Source: Victivallales bacterium
GTDB lineage: Bacteria; Verrucomicrobiota; Lentisphaeria; Victivallales; GWF2-50-93
DNA length: 38,718 nt
Direction: 5' to 3'
NCBI GenBank assembly: GCA_041662825.1
Contig: JBAZRS010000002.1
Location: 1-38,718 of the forward strand
Shown: piece after piece, positions 33,501 to 38,718 of the stretch
Layout of the letters: the number at the start of each line of letters is the position of its first letter
Numbering within the stretch: position 1 is the stretch's first letter
Program-made: the position numbers and the translations under genes
Notes under the pieces: model-generated
Database searches by the model: none
Told to the model about the DNA's origin: nothing
Seen by the model: only the letters and a program-made list of their open reading frames with translations

Positions 33501-34214
33501 TTTTCCGATGATCGAAGCAGAAGATGTATTTACCCCAGATTAGTTGCTTTAGAATCAGCCGCTACGATAGCAATGGAACTGTCCGGACAAGTGCATGAAT
33601 GGCTTGAAGAGTGCGGAGCCCTGGACGATGATAAATTTTGTACGGTTTGGATCGAAGCGCCTAATTGCATTCCCATTCTTATCGGCGCTCTGGCAACGTA
33701 TGTGGCGGGATTACTTATTGGCGATGGTGTCGTTGCAGCGGTATTTTATGGATATACTATACCAATCGGGAGAACAATCGAAGGCGTCGGCATGGTTCTT
33801 ATCTGTAATGTTCTTGGGAGTATGGCAAATTTCCAATATGATATTTATGCCTGTCCTGTAGGAAATATTCGCCGTAGTGTTCAAGGAACATGGAACGATT
33901 TGGAACATCAATCTGAAATTGATGCAGTTGTTGAACAGGTGATTGATGATCCTCTTTGCTATTCCGTTGCTGATTGCACAGCCGTGGCAGCGCTGGAAGG
34001 CATGACCGCGCAAATGCAGCGTAAAAGGATCATGTTTGAGAAGGTCGCCCACTTACAGGATGAAGACGGTGATACGATTAGAGTGGTTCATCCTTACAGC
34101 GGAAGAAATATTGATGTGTATATCGCGTCTTTGAAACGTAAATTTAAAAAATCAGAAATTGACAGCAATGACGGTTATTTCCTGGATGAAATTGAAGGAT
34201 GGGTTGTGTCGTGA
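30501..34214 (+). CDS. large tail-tip protein: BNR/sialidase-like N-terminal half and hub/tip-like C-terminal half
   Basis: 1237 aa. An Asp-box-like SANSGVTW lies at 31251-31274 within IYYSISANSGVTWG. The C-terminal half (KLTFAVSHGHLFDP...GRKLALRWGEKV...FFITGSSLNFERG...VEAEDQRCLW) resembles tail tip/hub domains. Confidence 0.6.
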   Translation: MALTLDATLATAQNSQSRHPLVEIISSQRTEDIPFDGSFLTGETFNEYGPNVIQHSSGRLGIAYCYGPDTGSISGIKYVYTDTSRTEFTTVSIPLYISVSYIMMGISLCEMTGGNIGLTYLVNDTGNHVYRLLRRIITVTGVAVSNAEIANWSHDIYTSDPWVATIAENSYLMVYGKKSGSNYYIYKRTSADFLTWSAESALSIAGLTSTMRLSNPSIVKISTGDLWLFFDVLESTGTGGEELTNIYYSISANSGVTWGTAVKLTAYTNYSEVGSHPVPIQKAANTMHLLFTRIVGALHANENSTNWPTGDKSAELSWDSVNRKLYVINVDGAYNALKSVVRINVDSWTVDKYWNTTTTPSFLAAGVDDGMGVCRTVHDGHHIVVFRGQNDYERWLWHLDGENDTITPFYLDSNLEKGISANVSNCPPHGAIIFAQVSEVTNKIYLITKDNYVYTHAIYIGYLDLTETSGYEYHALTTYTGFNETEIQGNDGLYIDTSGGYIVITGHTLLGGPTGTCAVFDLATGALVVKWQGSVDADFPAYGLRNPFVYNGKIYAGLYTYTSGYGQSGYRGLVEIDITSETIKTHRPSYCSDDDHAFGQPSLLQDGKIAMVHWGYGVAVYSTIDDTWELFGNSNIAGFTTDGNELAAFAQICYDDTNDLIMVGDAADKGVIMFSVHGYMRQAYYRVGTCSGGVWTFAAAAALCQGYLDYNAGACVELGSTSAMYVFWINEDVNAEKSIKWDKDGSSVDVSAYIIGEVSTEHTISGQPAKLTFAVSHGHLFDPYNISSLLSPILKKGRKLALRWGEKVSGTDYWQTSGTFFITGSSLNFERGVYPEMKVEAEDQRCLWTNGHVYTTDIYNNLPEDIIKSILYTLANIAYVDMNVPAFAGGTLLQMQWIETSLDEILNQVCERYGYYFRFDYQGKAHARQISNVATINHTYTDNTKLLKYTPDDKYSDFTNRVTVRGQEMSYTEVQFSEERITTLNGTIGWWGCKQDHKIYFSDDRSRRCIYPRLVALESAATIAMELSGQVHEWLEECGALDDDKFCTVWIEAPNCIPILIGALATYVAGLLIGDGVVAAVFYGYTIPIGRTIEGVGMVLICNVLGSMANFQYDIYACPVGNIRRSVQGTWNDLEHQSEIDAVVEQVIDDPLCYSVADCTAVAALEGMTAQMQRKRIMFEKVAHLQDEDGDTIRVVHPYSGRNIDVYIASLKRKFKKSEIDSNDGYFLDEIEGWVVS

Positions 34215-35440
34215 GACTTTACAGCGGAAGATTAATAAAAAACAAAATATCCCAGCAGATCACTAATCGTCAGGAAATGCGCGATGCCGTTGTGATGTCC
34301 GTTGATTCGACAAATAAATATGCACTGGTAAAAATTCAAGGATCAAACACAAGCATTAAAGCATGGTATCCGGAAAACTGGGAATCCACTCCTAGTTATT
34401 TAAAACCGGGCAATGCCGTCCGAATTAATCAACCCGGAGGCAACAAGTCACGCATTGAAATTGTGAGCATGGGAATACTCTTGCCGACGGCGGTTCCCGG
34501 CGGTTCTGTCACGCCGACTCCTGTTGAGGAAGAAGATACAATTATAGATGGTTGTGAAATACCTTATGCGCCGGGAGCGGAATATGGATATCAGCCGGTG
34601 CATTTAACAGCCGGAGATCCTGGGGATGCGCCGCTTGGTGACTCTTTTCAATTATATGTCAGCGCCGGTACCTATAGAATAAACGGAGTCACATACGGTT
34701 TAATTTATATACCTAAAATGGATGATGCTACGGTAAAAATGGATAATACTCTAGTGAAGATGACCGGCGCGGATCCTGGTATAACGGAAACTGGCGGAGC
34801 GGTTACTATTGATCCTCCTGTCAATCATGATTTTTGGTATGCCAGCTTAATGATCGGCACGGACGGAGTAGTTGATGTTGTCTATAGTGCACCGTGGAAT
34901 TATGGCGAGACGGTACCGGATCCGCCGCTCGCAACAACAGATCACATAAGAATCGGTTGGCTGCTGGTTGCCGATCATTCCACAAATACGAATGCGGCAT
35001 GGGCAAATATATTATTTAAAAATGAGGACGTTCACCCTTATAGAATATGGGCTTATTGGAATAATTATCGTTTAGAAGGCAATTATAACTGCGGGACAAC
35101 TGAATGTCATTATTATTGGCTTGATATTTATCTCGGTGTCATTAATCAGTGGGGTGATTTTATAGAACCGGGGATAATAGATTGGGATTTTGATATAACC
35201 TTTTTGGATTGGGGCGGGCCAGATCCTGCCGGACGTATATTTTCTTATCCTAGAACTGCCGGGCAGGGATGGCAGTATTTTACTTACGAGACTCCGGTAG
35301 AAGGCGCATGCCTTGCAGAGAATACATGTGCCATTCCTTCTTTTATGCAAATAACTATAAGTGAAGCAGTAATGGGACAAGAAATAGTAGAAGTATTTAG
35401 TTCTGACGGAGATTCCATAAATTCTCCGTTTGGGGGGTAA
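34199..35440 (+). CDS. tail protein, function unknown
   Basis: 413 aa, overlapping the stop of the tip protein. An alternative GTG start is at 34211. Confidence 0.55.
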   Translation: MGCVVRLYSGRLIKNKISQQITNRQEMRDAVVMSVDSTNKYALVKIQGSNTSIKAWYPENWESTPSYLKPGNAVRINQPGGNKSRIEIVSMGILLPTAVPGGSVTPTPVEEEDTIIDGCEIPYAPGAEYGYQPVHLTAGDPGDAPLGDSFQLYVSAGTYRINGVTYGLIYIPKMDDATVKMDNTLVKMTGADPGITETGGAVTIDPPVNHDFWYASLMIGTDGVVDVVYSAPWNYGETVPDPPLATTDHIRIGWLLVADHSTNTNAAWANILFKNEDVHPYRIWAYWNNYRLEGNYNCGTTECHYYWLDIYLGVINQWGDFIEPGIIDWDFDITFLDWGGPDPAGRIFSYPRTAGQGWQYFTYETPVEGACLAENTCAIPSFMQITISEAVMGQEIVEVFSSDGDSINSPFGG

Positions 35441-35442
35441 TT

Positions 35443-35664
35443 ATGTTTAAAAGGGTTCTTATAGCACTGGAAAGCATTGCGGCAAGTTTAACTGCTTTGC
35501 CGATAATATTAAAAGAATTGCAAAATATGAGAGAAGAGCAATTAAGACTGATGCAAAAGGCCAGAGAAGAAACTCAAAATACACCACAGCGTATTGCGGA
35601 GATAGCCGAACTGTTTTCTAAAAAAATTTTGATTGCAGGAGGAAAGAGAGATGCCGGGACATAA
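35443..35664 (+). CDS. hypothetical 73-aa helical protein
   Basis: ATG 3 nt after the upstream stop. Confidence 0.45.
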   Translation: MFKRVLIALESIAASLTALPIILKELQNMREEQLRLMQKAREETQNTPQRIAEIAELFSKKILIAGGKRDAGT

Positions 35665-36424
35665 TTTCCATACTGAATATAGCAACACTCCAGGATCAGA
35701 GACGCTTTTTACCGTAGCTTCAATGGGTGCGCCATTAATACAACTGGATAAGGCCATAACCAAGCTGAAAAATATAGTTATCGGTTGCGCCGGAGTCATT
35801 ACCTATAATAAGACGACGGGCGTGTTAAGCTGGTCAGCAACCTTGACAATTCATTTTAATTCCGATGCGGGATTATCCATTACCAACACGGTTGCGGCGG
35901 GGAGCGTAACCTTGACGGATGGCCAGTTTGCTTATGTTGACCTTTCTGAAACAAACGCGGCGGCGTTGACTGTTACAGCGGCGACCTACCCTTCCGCCGC
36001 GGCCAGTAATTTTATCGCCTATAATAGAATAATATTGGCTTATCGTGATACCACCAGCGATAATATTTATTCCGGATATCTCAACCTGCCATTAAACGAT
36101 CCGGACAAATTAGTGCAGACCTTGACCGATGCCGATGCCGTGACGATTGACTGGAGCAAAGGATCAACGGCGGAGATAACTCTGGACCGGGCGACAACGG
36201 CGTTCACCTTTTCCGGAGCTTACAATGGCCAGCGTTGCGTTTTGATCATCAAGCAATATGCAGGGCCCGGCGCCGTTACATTCGGCGCGGAAGTCCGGGC
36301 AGGAACCGATCTTGCGTCGCCACCCACTTTGACGGCTACGACGGATAAAAAGGATTATCTGGGCTATATTTATAACGGCTCAGATACGAAATATGATTTT
36401 GTCAGTTTAACACAGGGGTTTTAA
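35651..36424 (+). CDS. tail-fibre-like protein
   Basis: GGAGGAAAGAG SD before the ATG at 35651. Ala/Thr-rich and beta-rich composition. Located in the distal tail cluster. Confidence 0.5.
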   Translation: MPGHNFHTEYSNTPGSETLFTVASMGAPLIQLDKAITKLKNIVIGCAGVITYNKTTGVLSWSATLTIHFNSDAGLSITNTVAAGSVTLTDGQFAYVDLSETNAAALTVTAATYPSAAASNFIAYNRIILAYRDTTSDNIYSGYLNLPLNDPDKLVQTLTDADAVTIDWSKGSTAEITLDRATTAFTFSGAYNGQRCVLIIKQYAGPGAVTFGAEVRAGTDLASPPTLTATTDKKDYLGYIYNGSDTKYDFVSLTQGF

Positions 36425-36427
36425 ATA

Positions 36428-37081
36428 ATGAGCTCTCCTTTTGACGATACCTTTACAGGCGCAGACGGTTCGTCTCCTAACCCGATTATATGGACAGTTG
36501 TGGGAACGCCGACTATCCAAAGCAATACTTTGGAAATAGTTAATGATGATGAATACGTTGTTTGTAAATTAACATTTACCGGAGATTTTAATATTCAGGT
36601 TGATTTTGCGACTCAAAGTGAGCCCGCTACAAATTATTGGACTGCTGATTTACTCGCATATATAGACGGGACTCATTATGTAGGAGGAAGGGCTAGCTAT
36701 AATTCAGGGAAAAAATTTCAATCTTTTTATATTAATGGTGGTTCCCTGGCTTACGATACTGCCACTAGGACTAATACCTATGGGAAACTTAAACTTACAA
36801 GAACAGGAAATTCCTTTTCAATATATGATGCAGATGGAGCGGGAGGATTTTCACTACTGGGCACTCATACCATAGGCTCGGCTGGCAATCAAGTATCTAT
36901 CTGGATAAGGTGCCAACATTGGGGAGCTAGCCCTAATATAACTTGCAGATTTGATAATTTTTTAATCAATAGTGGTTATACTTCCCGAACAAATAATTGT
37001 GTGAGTCTTAGTACATGTGACGTCGCCACCGAAGGAGAAGAAACCCCGAGCGGAAAAGACAGGTTTTTTTTAGTGTTTTAG
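36428..37081 (+). CDS. lectin/glucanase-like (ConA/LamG-type) putative receptor-binding protein
   Basis: 217 aa. F.D.F.G....P....W and similar patterns are typical of jelly-roll lectin domains. Its TAG stop lies inside repeat R6. Confidence 0.45.
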   Translation: MSSPFDDTFTGADGSSPNPIIWTVVGTPTIQSNTLEIVNDDEYVVCKLTFTGDFNIQVDFATQSEPATNYWTADLLAYIDGTHYVGGRASYNSGKKFQSFYINGGSLAYDTATRTNTYGKLKLTRTGNSFSIYDADGAGGFSLLGTHTIGSAGNQVSIWIRCQHWGASPNITCRFDNFLINSGYTSRTNNCVSLSTCDVATEGEETPSGKDRFFLVF

Positions 37082-37156
37082 TGAGCCTGTGGCTTCCATA
37101 GGAAGCCCAAAGCGAACTATCCCAGGCGCAACGCGCCGTGGGATCGAGATAATTCA
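37079..37156 (-). repeat. bipartite hairpin element, reverse copy R6 sharing its H1 with a truncated forward-type tail
   Basis: tagtgagcctgt-ggcttcc-ata-ggaagcc-caaagcgaact-atcccaggcgc-aac-gcgcc(g)tgggat-cgag-ataattca, followed by AGGAGG and the ATG at 37175. Confidence 0.8.
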
Positions 37157-37174
37157 AAAAGGTAGGAGGATATA

Positions 37175-37555
37175 ATGGCAAAGAAAATACCCGATGCGGT
37201 TATGGATTTAGCATTGGCTAATATTGCTGATAATGGTGAAACTTTATATTTGTGTTCGGATGAACCGGCCAATTATGCGGGGATAGCGGCGGTGTCTTTG
37301 GGCAGTGTGGCTCTGACAGAAGGCGACGGCAACGGCGATTTTACTATTGCCGATGGCACAACCAGCGGGAGAAAATTAACCCTGGCACAGCAAACAGTAG
37401 CAGGAACCGCGAATGGCACGGCAACCCATGCAGTTATTGCAGATGAAACCGGGGAATTAATTAAAGCGATTACAACGTGCTCCATTGCAGTTTTAAACGG
37501 TTCAAATTCCATTGTTGATGAATATACCGTCTGGGAAATTAGAGATCCATCATAA
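37175..37555 (+). CDS. hypothetical structural/fibre-associated protein
   Basis: AGGAGG SD; 126 aa. It is the last gene of the rightward late cluster. Confidence 0.5.
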   Translation: MAKKIPDAVMDLALANIADNGETLYLCSDEPANYAGIAAVSLGSVALTEGDGNGDFTIADGTTSGRKLTLAQQTVAGTANGTATHAVIADETGELIKAITTCSIAVLNGSNSIVDEYTVWEIRDPS

Positions 37556-37571
37556 GGAAATAAAAAGAAGA

Positions 37572-37590
37572 GCGCGCAGTTGTTGCGCGC
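37572..37590. other. GC hairpin gcgcgca-gttgt-tgcgcgc
   Basis: The stem is 7 bp. The A-rich run lies on the 5' side of the plus strand. It therefore reads as hairpin plus T-tract only on the minus strand. Confidence 0.4.
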
Positions 37591-37731
37591 CGTCATGGAC
37601 AGTAGTCCAGGGAGCGCCAACTCCCCAGACCAGGCGACAGAAACGCCCGACGGGATAACCCGCTACCATTCACTGTAAAGCAGACGTAAAATAGCAGGGT
37701 TAGCCTCATAAAGCAATAAGGGGGCAGTCGC

Positions 37732-38496
37732 ATGAAAAGTTTTTTGTCATATCTTGGAGGAAAATCATTATTAACCGGCAAAATTATCCCTAAAATTCCT
37801 AAACATACCTGTTATTGTGAAGTATTCGCCGGTGCGGCCTGGCTGCTGTTCAAAAAGAAGGAATCTGAAGTTGAAATAATCAATGACATCAATACCGATC
37901 TGACAACCTTATATAGAGTGGTTAAACTCCACCTTGAAGAGTTTATTAAATATTTAAAATGGATATTAGTATCACGCGATGAATATAATCGCTTTATGAT
38001 CGAAGAGCCGGAAGCTCTTACAGACATTCAGCGAGCAGTCCGTTTCTATTATCTCCTGCGGAATAGCTACGGCGCAAAGGTTACTAAACAAACCTTTAAT
38101 ATTAATACCACCCGGCCCTCCGGGTTTAACCTTCTACGGATCGGGGAGGAGTTGGCGGAGGTACACTACAGGTTATCGCGTGTTTATATAGAAAACAAGC
38201 CCTACAATAAGATTATAGAGCGATATGACAAACCGCACACATTCTTTTATCTCGATCCTCCATACTATGGCTGTGAGGGTGATTACGGCCCCGGCATATT
38301 TAGCCAGGAAGATTTCCGGCTTCTTCGCGGAATTTTGGATAAGATTAAAGGAAGGTTTATATTATCGATAAACGACGTACCGGAGATCCGGACTCTGTTT
38401 AAGGGCTTTAAAATTGAGGTCGTCAGCACAAAATACACTGCCGGTGGCGCGAATAGGGCAAAGAAGGTTAATGAGCTGCTGATCCGGAACTATTAG
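37732..38496 (+). CDS. Dam-family (D12 class) N6-adenine DNA methyltransferase
   Basis: YLGGK, then EVFAGAAW (motif I), then FYLDPPYY (motif IV, DPPY). This is the alpha-class motif order. Confidence 0.85.
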   Translation: MKSFLSYLGGKSLLTGKIIPKIPKHTCYCEVFAGAAWLLFKKKESEVEIINDINTDLTTLYRVVKLHLEEFIKYLKWILVSRDEYNRFMIEEPEALTDIQRAVRFYYLLRNSYGAKVTKQTFNINTTRPSGFNLLRIGEELAEVHYRLSRVYIENKPYNKIIERYDKPHTFFYLDPPYYGCEGDYGPGIFSQEDFRLLRGILDKIKGRFILSINDVPEIRTLFKGFKIEVVSTKYTAGGANRAKKVNELLIRNY

Positions 38497-38556
38497 ACGA
38501 CCGACATCGATCGATATGGGGTGAAAGTCCGGATTTTTGTCTTTGGTCGACGGGAT

Positions 38557-38587
38557 AATCAAATGAAACTTGACACAATCAAATGAA
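38557..38587 (+). repeat. two direct AATCAAATGAA repeats 20 bp apart near the right end
   Basis: Copies at 38557-38567 and 38577-38587. They are related to the 901-921 palindrome at the left end and are candidate subterminal transposase sites. Confidence 0.55.
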
Positions 38588-38593
38588 TTTGGG

Positions 38594-38641
38594 AAGTGAT
38601 TTATCGCGCTTTTTGGCTTGCCGCTATCACGCCCCGCCACA
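38594..38641 (-). repeat. right prophage end: subterminal plus terminal inverted repeat
   Basis: The reverse complement aligns with 808-855 in two 16/19 blocks. It ends ...CCACA. Confidence 0.85.
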
Positions 38642-38718
38642 GATAAAAACTTACAAAACATCTGTCATTTTGATTCTGGTGTTGTTTGCATTTCCGTCTT
38701 TCGCCGGGGATCTGCCCG

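Larger units (their letters stand above)
808..38641 (+). mobile_element. Mu-like transposable prophage (37,834 bp)
   Basis: Terminal inverted repeats begin TG and end CA and are flanked by GATCA/GATAA. The gene set includes a DDE transposase with an AAA+ partner, Gam/GemA/Mor-like genes, and Mu gp27/28/29/F/I/T/36/37-like head genes. No integrase is present. Confidence 0.88.

Noticed and set aside
3556-37156. Whether the recurring hairpin repeats could be a CRISPR array or tRNA-like genes.
   Set aside because: The copies are kilobases apart, occur in both orientations, vary in sequence and have no regular spacer structure. No cas genes are present. No cloverleaf or T-loop (GTTCGAATC-type) features were seen.
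30501-37555. A diversity-generating retroelement or an invertible (Gin-type) tail-fibre segment.
   Set aside because: No reverse transcriptase (YxDD) ORF or serine invertase ORF is present. I saw no template/variable repeat pair or large inverted repeats flanking the fibre genes.
37598-37681. A short ORF (27 aa, MDSSPGSANSPDQATETPDGITRYHSL) upstream of the methyltransferase, considered as a Com-like translational activator.
   Set aside because: It has no cysteines or zinc-finger pattern and no SD, so it is probably non-coding.

Overview
Nearly the whole window is one Mu-like transposable temperate prophage at 808..38641 (37,834 bp). It sits about 235 bp downstream of a host hcp gene (3..572, truncated at the window edge). 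The ends are set by imperfect terminal inverted repeats, TGTGG...CCACA, flanked by the near-identical pentamers GATCA and GATAA. Gene order is Mu-like. From the left: an S24/LexA-type repressor on the minus strand, a Ner-like gene, a DDE transposase (MuA-like) and an AAA+ partner (MuB-like). Next come a semi-essential region with Gam-, GemA- and Mor-like genes, then a lysis cassette. The head genes follow: gp27/gp28-like terminase, a portal fused to a Mu F-like domain, gpI protease/scaffold and gpT capsid. A siphovirus-type tail module follows them (major tail protein, chaperone, tape measure, a 1237-aa tip protein, distal fibre-like genes). A Dam-type methyltransferase occupies the right end, where Mu carries mom. 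No tRNA, rRNA, CRISPR array, integrase or reverse transcriptase was seen. The most unusual feature is non-coding. A bipartite stem-loop element of about 60-100 nt occurs about 15 times in both orientations, with conserved linkers and compensatory changes in its stems. Forward copies always lie just 5' of an ORF start. Reverse copies always lie at or just 3' of a stop codon. Several copies supply the stop or start codon itself. Two further hairpin families are present, one of them embedded in-frame in a CDS. Other leads are listed here.
- An AT-rich immunity module whose repressor is co-transcribed with a small secreted protein.
- A reverse-oriented gene inside the early region.
- An outer-membrane beta-barrel moron.
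- An inner-membrane-anchored lysis-cassette protein that ends in an OMP-like beta-signal.
- A start-less -1 frame ORF at the tail-chaperone position with no canonical slippery site.
- A BNR/sialidase-like N-terminal half on the tail-tip protein.
All product calls rest on motif recognition and synteny by eye; no database search was possible.
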